Positions 41,511-51,579 of a stretch of 64,000 bases of DNA are shown piece by piece (the stretch's first letter is position 1; every line of letters starts with the position of its first letter). The DNA lies in contig JBHLOI010000004.1 of NCBI GenBank assembly GCA_048940645.1, positions 54,688 to 118,687 of the forward strand, written 5' to 3'. The position numbers were made by a program, and so were the translations under genes. The notes beneath the pieces were generated by a model. It searched no databases. It saw nothing but the letters and a program-made list of their open reading frames with translations, and was not told the origin of the DNA. This DNA comes from Promethearchaeota archaeon. GTDB lineage: Archaea > Asgardarchaeota > Lokiarchaeia > Sigyniarchaeales > SOKP01.

Positions 41511-42815
41511 ATGGATGAAAAAGAATATCAAAAAATGATAAAACGTTGTTTGCGCTGTTCTATTTGTAAATGGATTCCTCAAGTCCAAATCAAAAGTCAA
41601 AAGTATGCAACAGCTTGCCCTGCTATTGATCTTTATAATTTCCATCCTTATAGTGGAGGTGGAAAGATTATTTTAGCTTTAGCATTAGAAATGGGTAGAA
41701 TTAAACCCTCTGAGGATCTACGTAATATAGTTTATAAATGCACTGAATGTGGTAATTGTGCTATTGCATGTAAATTTCTCAATACATTAGAACCTCTTGA
41801 AATAATAATGAGACTAAGGGAGAAATTAGTTGAAGTAGGTTATGGTCCAATGCCAAAACAGAAAGCATATACCAAGGCAGTTAAAAATGTTAACAATCCA
41901 TATAACGAACCTCATGAAAATAGAAATAATTGGCTCCCTAATGATATTAAAATTAATCCTAATGCCAAAGTACTCTATTACATCGGATGTACATCATCAT
42001 ATAGGAGAAAAGAAATGGCAATAGCTGCAGCTAGAGTAATGAACGCTGCAGGAGTAGAATTTAGTATTTTACAAGATGATGAATATTGCTGCGGTAGTCC
42101 AATATTAAGAACCGGTGAAATTCATACTTTTCAAGAGTTTCTAAATAAGAATATCGATATCATTGAATTAAAAGGAATAGAAACAGTCGTATTCAGCTGT
42201 GCTGGATGCTATGATACTTTTAAAGTTGATTATCCTTTATATCGAGATTATAATTTTAAAGTGATTCATACCGTAGAACTTTTTGATGAGCTACTTGAAG
42301 CTGGTAAATTAAAGTTAACTAAAGAAATACCATTGACTGCAACTTATCATGATCCCTGCCATTTAGGAAGGAATGCAGAGAGATATGAAAAATGGGATGG
42401 AGATAAGGTCCAATTAATACCATTAGTATCTATAAACATTCCTCCTAAACCCAAACGTACTGGTAAAGGTGGTATTTATGATCCTCCTAGAAACATTCTA
42501 AAGAAGATACCTGGGTTAAAACTTGTAGAAATGGAAAGAATTAGAGAATATGCTTATTGTTGTGGTGCTGGAGCGGGTGTTAAATCCGCATTTCCTGAGA
42601 TGGCACTTAATACCGCAAAAATAAGAATAGAAGAAGCGGAGGATACTGGATCAGATGTCTTAATATCAGCTTGTCCATTTTGTTCTACGAATTTACAAGA
42701 TGGAATACTTGAGAGCGGCTCAAAATTAAAATATTATGATATTAGTGAATTATTATTAATGGCTTTGGGTTTAGAACCTGAAAAATTGAAACAAGCATTA
42801 GCTGAGGTAGCATAA
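41511..42815 (+). CDS. Fe-S oxidoreductase with CCG domains (GlcF/HdrD-like)
   Basis: CLRCSIC, CTECGNC, CCG twice, YHDPCHLGR and SACPFC motifs. Confidence 0.9.
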   Translation: MDEKEYQKMIKRCLRCSICKWIPQVQIKSQKYATACPAIDLYNFHPYSGGGKIILALALEMGRIKPSEDLRNIVYKCTECGNCAIACKFLNTLEPLEIIMRLREKLVEVGYGPMPKQKAYTKAVKNVNNPYNEPHENRNNWLPNDIKINPNAKVLYYIGCTSSYRRKEMAIAAARVMNAAGVEFSILQDDEYCCGSPILRTGEIHTFQEFLNKNIDIIELKGIETVVFSCAGCYDTFKVDYPLYRDYNFKVIHTVELFDELLEAGKLKLTKEIPLTATYHDPCHLGRNAERYEKWDGDKVQLIPLVSINIPPKPKRTGKGGIYDPPRNILKKIPGLKLVEMERIREYAYCCGAGAGVKSAFPEMALNTAKIRIEEAEDTGSDVLISACPFCSTNLQDGILESGSKLKYYDISELLLMALGLEPEKLKQALAEVA

Positions 42816-42817
42816 TC

Positions 42818-44377
42818 ATGTTAAAACAACAGATATTAAAAGAATTTCAAAATGTAGTTGGTCCAGAAAATATTGATGATGGGGAAGTAATGACAAATGC
42901 ATATGCATATAATTGGTGCATGGAATTAGTAAATAGCATGGAAGATAAAGAACCTATTCCTTTTTCTTCCATTCCAAAAGCGATAATATTACCTTCGAGT
43001 GTAGAAGAAGTTCAACAAATTGTTAAACTCTGTAATAAACATCATATTCAATTTAAAGCTCAATCTACTGGGCTCGGCCCATGGAATCAACCATCATCAG
43101 AAAATTGCATTATTCTTGATTTACGAAGAATGAATAAGATTGTAAAAATTGATGATAAAAATCTTTATGCTGTTGTGGAGCCATATGTAAGTGGCGCACA
43201 ACTACAAGCAGAGACCATGAAATATGATTTAACTGTTCATATGCCGGGAGCAGGACCTCAAGTTTCGCCCTTAGCTAGTGCTACTAGCATGAATGGGCCA
43301 GGATTTACCTCTCCTCATACAGGTCATAGTGCTCGAAATGTTTTAGGTGTTGAATGGGTATTACCTGATGGAGAAATCTTAAGGTTAGGTTCTGCTGGCT
43401 TAAATAACAACCCCGATTGGTTTAGTGGAGACGGCCCGGGACCAAGTTTGCGGGGAATTATGCGTGGTTGGGCGGGTGCAAAATCAGGTATAGGTGTGTT
43501 TACAAAGGTTGCTTTCAAATTATTTCCATATCCTTGTAGTACTAAATTTAAATTAAAAGGAGTTTCTCCTAATTATGAATTTGAAATTCCTGATTTTATG
43601 AAATTGTATGTTATTGATTGTAAAAACTATAAATATCTCGAGAAAGTCTTTTTAACAGTTGAAAAGGAGGAAATTTCATTCATATGTAGCCACTTATCTG
43701 GCTATGGTTTAGGAGCAATATTTTCTAATAGTATTGAATCATTAATGGATAAAATACCAATTGCTAGTACCCATGCACCCTTGGTAATTGTTATAGCAGC
43801 AAGAACTAGACGTGAATTTGAATATAAGAAAAAAGTAATGGATAAGATAATGAAAGAATTCAAATTAAAAAATATAATTGGAACAAAATATACGCCTAAT
43901 TCCTTATTTTTTGCTGAAGTATTACGTTCAAATTTAGGTCTTCACGGATTTATCGCAACAGGAGGCTTTCAATCCTCGAAAGGCCAATGCGACACAGCAA
44001 CAGTGTGTTTAAATACTACTAAAATGAGTATCCCTTTAAAGAAGAAATATATAAAGAAAGGAGTAATTGCTAATGACTTTGGAGAGGGTGTATGGATGAC
44101 TTCCTACGAATCAGGACATTATTTCCATGTTGAATCTCCTACATTGTTTGATCAAACCAATGAAAAAAGTGTTAAGGGAATGGCTGAAAACATGGAAGCT
44201 AATTATGACTTTGATTTAATTAAACATCTTGGAGCTCCTTTTTTCGTAGAAGGTGATAGGATGCATGATAAATTTGGTCCACACATGATGGATTATCATA
44301 AATGGTTAAGAAAAATAAAGAAAGCTTTTGATCCAAATGGAATTGCCGACTCAGGATTTTATATTTCTGCAAAATAA
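42818..44377 (+). CDS. FAD-binding oxidoreductase (VAO/PCMH/GlcD superfamily)
   Basis: ILP..VEEVQ, LDLRRMN, VEPYV, RNVLGVEWVLPDG and FDPNG motifs. Confidence 0.88.
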   Translation: MLKQQILKEFQNVVGPENIDDGEVMTNAYAYNWCMELVNSMEDKEPIPFSSIPKAIILPSSVEEVQQIVKLCNKHHIQFKAQSTGLGPWNQPSSENCIILDLRRMNKIVKIDDKNLYAVVEPYVSGAQLQAETMKYDLTVHMPGAGPQVSPLASATSMNGPGFTSPHTGHSARNVLGVEWVLPDGEILRLGSAGLNNNPDWFSGDGPGPSLRGIMRGWAGAKSGIGVFTKVAFKLFPYPCSTKFKLKGVSPNYEFEIPDFMKLYVIDCKNYKYLEKVFLTVEKEEISFICSHLSGYGLGAIFSNSIESLMDKIPIASTHAPLVIVIAARTRREFEYKKKVMDKIMKEFKLKNIIGTKYTPNSLFFAEVLRSNLGLHGFIATGGFQSSKGQCDTATVCLNTTKMSIPLKKKYIKKGVIANDFGEGVWMTSYESGHYFHVESPTLFDQTNEKSVKGMAENMEANYDFDLIKHLGAPFFVEGDRMHDKFGPHMMDYHKWLRKIKKAFDPNGIADSGFYISAK

Positions 44378-44392
44378 AAAGTAAAAAAGTAA

Positions 44393-44809
44393 GTGAAACA
44401 AATGAATAAAAATGAATTAATTAATCCAAAAGCAAGAGGATTTGCAGGACTTATAAAGAATATAATGGAAGCTCTAAATAAGAATCAAGAATTCCAAACA
44501 AAGTTCAAAAATTTTAAGAAAAAATATCTAATTAATGCTTCTAATTTAAATCATGCTGCGCTAATTACTATTAAGGAAGGGCATCTAAAGGTTGAAAGTA
44601 TTCCTAATAAACCCAATTCTAATTTGAAGAAAAAATTTATTGGATGGGATGGTTTTATCTCTATGGACTCACAAATATTTCTCGCACTGGCGATGGATAG
44701 AATTTCTTTATTTAAGATAGTAGTTAAATGGTTATTAGGAAAAGTAAAAATGAAGGGGATTTTGAACTTACTCTATTTATTAAAAATTTTTGAAATTATA
44801 AAAAGGTAA
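44393..44809 (+). CDS. SCP2-like lipid-binding domain protein
   Basis: ITIKEG.LKV, D..ISMDSQIFL and WLLGKVKMKG match the SCP2 pattern. Confidence 0.65.
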   Translation: MKQMNKNELINPKARGFAGLIKNIMEALNKNQEFQTKFKNFKKKYLINASNLNHAALITIKEGHLKVESIPNKPNSNLKKKFIGWDGFISMDSQIFLALAMDRISLFKIVVKWLLGKVKMKGILNLLYLLKIFEIIKR

Positions 44810-44847
44810 GATTTTTTTAACTAAATAATAAAAAGTGAAAAAAAAAA

Positions 44848-45912
44848 TTGGGAAAAAAGAAAAGCAATAAGCCTAAAATACTTGAAGCATGGTCTGGACC
44901 GGGAAGTAAAGATGAAAATATAACTATTTTTAAACCCGAATTTGATGCTCTTCATATTGATATGAAAAAAAGAGGAAATACTGAATGGTGGTATTTTGAT
45001 GCTCGACTTGAAGGAGGTTATACTGTGGTTGCATTTTTTCGAGCAAAGCATGAACGTACAGGGAAAACCGGGGTAGAAATCACAATCTATAAACCTAATG
45101 GGGAAAAAATACAAAATGTATATGATTATAATCGTTCAGATCTAAAAGTGTCTCGTGAGATTGCAGATGTGCAAATTGGAAATAATTATATAAAAGTTGA
45201 TTATGCAAATGAGAAATTCCCTACTTATGAAGTATTTCTAGAAGAAGGCGAATTTGGTTTACATTTGAACTATACTGCTCAAGTTCCTGGATGGATGCCT
45301 GGTAAAGGATATACTCGATTTGGTAATTTAGGTGAATTTGGCTGGGTTGTACCTTTACCAAGAGCGAAAGTAGAGGGATCAATTAAAATACATAATAAGA
45401 CTTTATCAGTGAAAGGGATTGGATATCATGACCACAACTGGATTAATTTTAACTTGATTAGAGTTGTTGATTATTGGCATTGGGGTCGAATTTATTCAGA
45501 AAATTTTACTATCGTATATGCCCATATTAAATGTAATAAGAAAATGGATGATTATAATATCAAAGTTTTTATGCTTGCAAAAAATGAGGATATCCTTCTC
45601 AGCACAGGTGAATATAAATTGATTGAAGAAAGTTTTCAATATAATGAAAAAGCAAGAAATAGTTATCCTAAAAGTTTAAAGTTCAAACTTTCTGAACAAA
45701 ATGAAATTAATCTCAATGTTAATGAAATAATTGATGCGGATCATTTACTTTCTGAATTTAACCCTATATTACGGTTTTTAGCAAAAAATGTTTTAAAACT
45801 TAACCCAGGTTATTTCAGATTCAATTCAAAATTTGAAATTAAAATGACTCATAACGGTACTCAATACAAAGAACTGGGAAATACGTTACACGAGATGGTA
45901 ATAATAAAGTAA
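44848..45912 (+). CDS. CrtC/AttH-like (lipocalin-like) hydratase/cyclase family protein
   Basis: EWWYFDA, W.VPLP.A.V.G, G.GYHDHNW and WHWGR motifs. Confidence 0.75.
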   Translation: MGKKKSNKPKILEAWSGPGSKDENITIFKPEFDALHIDMKKRGNTEWWYFDARLEGGYTVVAFFRAKHERTGKTGVEITIYKPNGEKIQNVYDYNRSDLKVSREIADVQIGNNYIKVDYANEKFPTYEVFLEEGEFGLHLNYTAQVPGWMPGKGYTRFGNLGEFGWVVPLPRAKVEGSIKIHNKTLSVKGIGYHDHNWINFNLIRVVDYWHWGRIYSENFTIVYAHIKCNKKMDDYNIKVFMLAKNEDILLSTGEYKLIEESFQYNEKARNSYPKSLKFKLSEQNEINLNVNEIIDADHLLSEFNPILRFLAKNVLKLNPGYFRFNSKFEIKMTHNGTQYKELGNTLHEMVIIK

Positions 45913-45940
45913 TAAATCCTTAAATAAAAGAAATAAATTT

Positions 45941-46576
45941 TTATTGTTCTGATTTTTTTTCTAAAGCTTTTTTTGCAAATAGTCTTCTTTTCAATTTAAC
46001 TAGAGATTTTTCTTCATTATATTGCAAAACATCAATATTCGCTAATTCATGAACAGCCCTTAGAACCATTGCACCAGAAATTCCAGTGGTATTCTTTATT
46101 TCCTCACGAGTCATTTCCTCCTTATCGCCATGAAGTGTTAATAAAATTCTATAGTGCGGTTGACCCTGCCAAATCTCTTGTATTAATAGCATAGTGATAG
46201 ATAATAAGGCTTTAATTCTTTCAAAATTATATTCAGATTCTTCTTGATCCTGAGCAATTTTCATGAATTTTTTTAATTCGATTTTTAAATTCTTATATTC
46301 ATCTAATAATCGTAACTGTTCACCGGTTAATTCCCCTATTTTTTGTTCTTTTTCTGCCTTTTCAGCTTCTAGCTTTTGCTTTTCTAGTTCTAATTCTGTC
46401 TTTTCTCGCTCAAGTGCTATCTTTTCAGTTTCTAAAAGTTTAGTAGCTTCTTCAAAATTGATTAACTCATTCTTCGCGGTTTCCAAAACATCAATAAATT
46501 GTTTAAAATTGTTTTCTACACTTTTTAGTGTTCCATCAATTATCTTTAAAGTATTTTTTTCAGACATTGGAATCAT
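45941..46576 (-). CDS. Coiled-coil protein with a C-terminal winged helix
   Basis: Heptads LETEKIA-LEREKTE-LELEKQK-LEAEKAE, then MTREEIKNTTGISGAMVLRAVHEL (HTH) and a beta wing. Confidence 0.7.
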   Translation of the reverse strand: MIPMSEKNTLKIIDGTLKSVENNFKQFIDVLETAKNELINFEEATKLLETEKIALEREKTELELEKQKLEAEKAEKEQKIGELTGEQLRLLDEYKNLKIELKKFMKIAQDQEESEYNFERIKALLSITMLLIQEIWQGQPHYRILLTLHGDKEEMTREEIKNTTGISGAMVLRAVHELANIDVLQYNEEKSLVKLKRRLFAKKALEKKSEQ

Positions 46577-46634
46577 AATTTTTTTTTGTCAATTATTTTT
46601 AATATATTCATTCTAATAAAAAAAGTTTCTAAAA

Positions 46635-47858
46635 ATGGTACAAGGAAATAATTCTCATCGTTCACAAAAGCTAATATTAGGAGTTTCAATCCAAGTTTTT
46701 ATAATGGGATTGGTTTCTTTTTTCACAGATGTTTCAAGTGAAATGATCCAAAGTATTCTACCACAATTTATATTATCTATTGGCGGAACTGCTTTGATAA
46801 TTGGTTTAATTTCCGGTATAACTACTGCTATTTCGAACATTTTGAAGGGGATCACAGGCTGGTTGAGTGATAAGATAAATAAAAGGAAACCATTTGTTGT
46901 TGCAGGTTATACCTTATCAAATTTATCTAAACCGTTTATAGGTCTGAGTTCATCGTGGGAATTAGTTTTGGGCTTAAAAGCAGCAGATCGTTTTGGAAAA
47001 GGTTTTAGAACTTCTTCAAGAGACACACTTATATCTTATTATGCTGTTGATAAAGGTAAAACCTTTGGTTTACATAGAGCAATGGATACATTAGGTGCAG
47101 TAATAGGTTCACTTTTAGCATTCATTTTCTTATATTTAACATGGTCGCTTTCGAATATTATATTTTTTTCAATTGTACCAGGTATTCTAGCAATTATTTT
47201 GATATTATCAGTGAAAGATGTTGATCCTAATGAAATTGATAAAACTTTAGGGTTTAAAGAAGAAAAACCTAAAGATGAAAAAATTGATAGAAATTTTATT
47301 AAATTAATTATTGTTTTAGGAGTTATTGAATTTGCTAGCTTAGATATCGCATTCCTCCAAATCAGAGCTTTAAATTACATCCCAGGAGTTTTTTTTATAC
47401 CTATCTTATATTTAATTAGCAATGTTGTTTATGCATTCTTTTCCCCTATAACAGGAACTTTTTCTGATAAAATTGGTCGTAAACCAATTATTATAATTGG
47501 CTTGTCGGTATTATTAATCTCTTGTATTCTTTTGGCTTTTCCTATTGATATTTCTTTACTTTCAATAATTTTGATATTCATCATTTTCATTGGATATGGA
47601 TATTATTTAGCATCTGTAGATCCTATTTCAAGAGCTTATATTGCAGATTTAACAGGTAAGAAAAAAAGGGGACGTGCTTATGGATATTATTATCTCTCAG
47701 TAGGTCTTATATCTTTGGCAGAATCTTTAATCTTTGGTTTAATATATGACATTTTTTCTTTTACATGGGCATTTATATATATCTCATTTCTATTATTTAT
47801 CTGTATTATGATATTTGCCCTAACAGATTTCTCTAAAATTATTAAGAAAGAAAAATAA
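46635..47858 (+). CDS. MFS transporter
   Basis: About 12 TM segments; GWLSDKINKRK and FSDKIGRK motif A; DRFGKG.R and HRAMDT.GA. Confidence 0.93.
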   Translation: MVQGNNSHRSQKLILGVSIQVFIMGLVSFFTDVSSEMIQSILPQFILSIGGTALIIGLISGITTAISNILKGITGWLSDKINKRKPFVVAGYTLSNLSKPFIGLSSSWELVLGLKAADRFGKGFRTSSRDTLISYYAVDKGKTFGLHRAMDTLGAVIGSLLAFIFLYLTWSLSNIIFFSIVPGILAIILILSVKDVDPNEIDKTLGFKEEKPKDEKIDRNFIKLIIVLGVIEFASLDIAFLQIRALNYIPGVFFIPILYLISNVVYAFFSPITGTFSDKIGRKPIIIIGLSVLLISCILLAFPIDISLLSIILIFIIFIGYGYYLASVDPISRAYIADLTGKKKRGRAYGYYYLSVGLISLAESLIFGLIYDIFSFTWAFIYISFLLFICIMIFALTDFSKIIKKEK

Positions 47859-47878
47859 TGAAATTCTCTTTTTTATTT

Positions 47879-49141
47879 TCATTGAACTTCAGTCCATAAT
47901 TCAGCTAAATATAGTATAACCTCAGCTGCTTTTTGTAAAGCTAAAGTTGGTATATATTCTTTTCTAGAGTGAGCTAATAATCCTCCTGTAAAAATATTTG
48001 GTGTAAGAATTCCTTTTGCACTCAATCGAGCCCCATCTGTTCCTCCTCTTATTGGTTGAAGTTTTACTTTTAGCCCTGTTTTTTCGATTGCTTTTTTAGC
48101 TAAATTAACAATAATTGGTTTCTTTTCTATAAATTTTAACATATTTTCATATTGATGAAGAAAATCTAATTCGATGACTAAACCAGGATAGCGTATTTCA
48201 TAAGTCTGTTTTAAATTTTTTAGATAATCAACTCGTCTTTGGTTATTTTTTGGTTCAAAATCTCTAATTAATATCCATGCATTTGATTCCTCGGTTGTTC
48301 CTTGCAGTTTTGTTAAATAAAAATAACCTTCTCTATTTTCTGTATGCTCAGGTGATTCAGATTCTGGAAGCTCACTAAAAAATCTACTAGCAATTTGGAT
48401 TGTATTAATCATCAAATTTTTAGCATCTCCCGGATGAACACTTAAACCTTTAAACTTAATAGTAGCAAGCCATGCATCAAAACATTCAAATAGCAATTCT
48501 CCCATTTCTCCTCCGTCTATTGTATAACAAATTTTAGGTAATTTTTTCTCATCGATATTATCAATACCTATACCAATTTCTTCATCAGGAGTAAAACATA
48601 TTATTATTGGACCATGCTTTAATTCTGGAAATTTTTTCCAAGCGGAACAAGCGGCTATAATTTCAGCAATTCCAGCTTTATCATCAGCTCCTAACAGAGT
48701 ATCTCCTTGAGTGGTAATTATATCTAGACCAATATATTCCTTTAATTGAGGTGAATCATTAGCAGTTAAGATTAACTCCTTATAAGCAGCAAATTTAATT
48801 TCATTACCATTATAATTTCTATGTATAACAGGTTTTACGTCTTTACCACTTACGGTAGAGGCAGTATCTAAGTGTGCTAATAAACCTATAGGGTTAACGT
48901 GTTCAAAACCTTGATTTGGGGGAAGATAAGCATAAAGGAATCCTAAATCATCTTGAATAACATTCTCTAACCCAAGTTGGTTTAATTCTTCTACTAATAT
49001 CTTTCCTAACTCAAATTGATTATCAGTTGATGGCAAAGAAGTAGAATCCACATCTGAGGTTGTCCAAACCTTTACATATCTTAAAAACCTTTCTAATGCA
49101 TCATTTAATAAAAAATCTTGAATTTCTTTTGATACAACCAT
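47879..49141 (-). CDS. pepT: Peptidase T (M20B tripeptidase)
   Basis: AHLDT, LGADDKAG, TPDEE, TIDGG, IRGGTDG and H motifs. Confidence 0.95.
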   Translation of the reverse strand: MVVSKEIQDFLLNDALERFLRYVKVWTTSDVDSTSLPSTDNQFELGKILVEELNQLGLENVIQDDLGFLYAYLPPNQGFEHVNPIGLLAHLDTASTVSGKDVKPVIHRNYNGNEIKFAAYKELILTANDSPQLKEYIGLDIITTQGDTLLGADDKAGIAEIIAACSAWKKFPELKHGPIIICFTPDEEIGIGIDNIDEKKLPKICYTIDGGEMGELLFECFDAWLATIKFKGLSVHPGDAKNLMINTIQIASRFFSELPESESPEHTENREGYFYLTKLQGTTEESNAWILIRDFEPKNNQRRVDYLKNLKQTYEIRYPGLVIELDFLHQYENMLKFIEKKPIIVNLAKKAIEKTGLKVKLQPIRGGTDGARLSAKGILTPNIFTGGLLAHSRKEYIPTLALQKAAEVILYLAELWTEVQ

Positions 49142-49256
49142 TATAAATCATTCTTAGGTTTATAGATATTATTAATAAATTTTCTATCTTCCTTTAAATT
49201 TGGGGTTATGAATTCTAAAAGTCAAAATTCGAAAAAAGAAAAAAAAAAGAATTAGA

Positions 49257-49943
49257 TTACCAAATCTCAAATTTTTCATCTAATTTTAATCCAAATACCG
49301 TTAAATAGGGGATTATTAAATCCCATAAACTAGTTTCAGCATTTATAAAAATGACCATAATGATAATAGCTAACCAACCAGTCACATTTGGAAGACCTAA
49401 AACCTCTAAATTAACATAAGCAAAACTATCTGCGAATAGAGTTAGAAAGAGTAGGGCATTAAACCACAACATAACTACAATTCTTAATAGAACTCCTAAA
49501 AAACTGGTTATCAAAAAATTAGAGATTTTCATAATTTTTTGACTATTTTTAATTCCTTCTTCAGTCTTATATAGTCTTAATAAAAGTATTGGGATAATTA
49601 TTAAAGCAAATGTTGCAGAAAACTTCATTAGAGGTCCTATAGGGGCAAAGGGATCAAAAGGCATCAAACCTAAAGTTCCAATTACACAGCACAACAATCC
49701 TGCTTTTGTACCAAATATAAAGAAGCACATTACCCATACGATTGATACAGGATCTAAATATGCAATACCCCATCCAGGAACCCTCGGAATGATTGGTGCT
49801 AATATCGCCGATAAGACTATAGAGAGCGCTCCAAATGAGGCAGCTCCAGATATAGTGAGAGTTCTTTGGGAAGATTTAGATCTTTTGAAACTTTTTTCTT
49901 CCGAAGTTTTTTCTTCTTCGGTTTCTTTCATTTTAACTTGCAT
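49257..49943 (-). CDS. ECF transporter S component-like membrane protein
   Basis: Five to six TM segments; YLDPVSI, GTKAG and GPLMKF motifs. Substrate unknown. Confidence 0.7.
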   Translation of the reverse strand: MQVKMKETEEEKTSEEKSFKRSKSSQRTLTISGAASFGALSIVLSAILAPIIPRVPGWGIAYLDPVSIVWVMCFFIFGTKAGLLCCVIGTLGLMPFDPFAPIGPLMKFSATFALIIIPILLLRLYKTEEGIKNSQKIMKISNFLITSFLGVLLRIVVMLWFNALLFLTLFADSFAYVNLEVLGLPNVTGWLAIIIMVIFINAETSLWDLIIPYLTVFGLKLDEKFEIW

Positions 49944-50209
49944 TTTAAGCTTGAGAAAATTGATTTGTATTAATTGAAGTTACAAATACAATATTTAAAA
50001 GAATTTGGGTAGTAATAAATTTTTAAATAAAACCTCATAAAGGTCTTAAATTAAAAAATTATTGAATAATTTTATTATATCTATAATAAGAGCAAATATT
50101 TAGCTGAAAACCTTGAAAAAATTGTTCTATATAATTATTTCAGCAACTAAATGTAAATTTGCATCTACTCAAAAATGGAGAGCCTATTACAATCAAAAAT
50201 TACTCTTCT

Positions 50210-51571
50210 TTATTTTAATAATTTTTTTTCTTTTGCATCCAATTCTAACCATTCTGCTATCTCTTTTAATTGTCTTCTTGAACTTCTACAGAGATTTCTT
50301 AAAAATGGGAGAAAATCTTGAATTATTTCCTTCTCAGAAATATTATATTTTTCTTGTATTTTTTCAGTAACTAATTTTTCAGTAGCTGTTATTGTGAAAA
50401 AACCAGAGGTTGTGTATCGAGGAAAAGAGACTCTTCGGAATCCAGGTTTGGAAGTTTTATCAGACTTGGATAAAGCAACACCTCCAGCAAAAAGATCATA
50501 GAAATAAGGTAAAAGCGACCAATATTGATTTCTCCTTATTCTGCCAAAAATTTCATCTGCAATTGATAGATTATCATATGCATTGGAAATATCATTCTTA
50601 AGATTAAAAAAATTTGGTAGATTTTCATTCACCCATTTATAAAGAAAGTTATAATCAACATCAGACTTATCAGTTAAACCGCGAGCTTCCTTAAGGGTTT
50701 TTACTTTTTGAAATAAATCTCTTATTAATATAAAAATTTCTTCATAACTATCTCTATGTAATTTCAATATCAAATCTTTATATTCTTTATCCATAACCCC
50801 CTGACTTAATGCTTGTAAATCATTAATGATTCCTCTAAGATCTCCATTGTTTTTTTCAATAATTAAATTTAAATCGTCTTCACTTAAATCAGAAATCTTT
50901 TCTTCTTTAAGTATTCTTCTCACAACTCTTAATATTTCTTGATCTGGAAGAGGATTGATCTCATACTTTTTAATTTTATTATATATTGGTTGTAAATTCT
51001 GTTTATATTCATTTGAACATAAAATTATTGGAAATTGAGTGCTTTCAATTAAATCTAAAATAGTAGGTAATGCTCCTCGATCAGAAACACCATAAATACC
51101 ATCAACTTCATCAATAAGTATTAATTTAAGTTTGCTTTCCATAATATAATCCATTATTCCTCTAGTTTTTACAGTTTCTTTTAGCTTCGCTTCTAATTTG
51201 GCTTTTGTCCTAGTATCAGAGGCATTAGTTTCGATGACCTGCATATTTAAATCATTGGCCAATGCATACACTATAGAAGTTTTACCAACTCCTGGAGGTC
51301 CCTCAAGAAGAATTGCTGCTTTTTCTGGGGCAATTTTTATTTCCTCTTTTTGTTCTTTTTCCAGATGAGTTCGATTAAATTGTCTAATTTTCCTATTTTC
51401 AATATTAATTTGCTCTATTTCTTTGAAGAAATCATGGATAAAATTTTTTAAATCTTCATTTAGTTTTACTTTATGGCCTTTAACTTTAGCTGTCGGTAAA
51501 GCCATATCATTAATAGACTGAGGTCGATATTTTTCTACCCAAGGAATATTTTTTTTAAGCTTACTTGCCAC
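50210..51571 (-). CDS. rfcL: Replication factor C large subunit
   Basis: WVEKYRP, GPPGVGKT, ETNASD, LIDEVDG, GDLR, WVNEN and QYWSL motifs. GTG start at 51571 after GGTGG. Confidence 0.92.
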   Translation of the reverse strand: MASKLKKNIPWVEKYRPQSINDMALPTAKVKGHKVKLNEDLKNFIHDFFKEIEQINIENRKIRQFNRTHLEKEQKEEIKIAPEKAAILLEGPPGVGKTSIVYALANDLNMQVIETNASDTRTKAKLEAKLKETVKTRGIMDYIMESKLKLILIDEVDGIYGVSDRGALPTILDLIESTQFPIILCSNEYKQNLQPIYNKIKKYEINPLPDQEILRVVRRILKEEKISDLSEDDLNLIIEKNNGDLRGIINDLQALSQGVMDKEYKDLILKLHRDSYEEIFILIRDLFQKVKTLKEARGLTDKSDVDYNFLYKWVNENLPNFFNLKNDISNAYDNLSIADEIFGRIRRNQYWSLLPYFYDLFAGGVALSKSDKTSKPGFRRVSFPRYTTSGFFTITATEKLVTEKIQEKYNISEKEIIQDFLPFLRNLCRSSRRQLKEIAEWLELDAKEKKLLK

Positions 51572-51579
51572 GAAACCAC

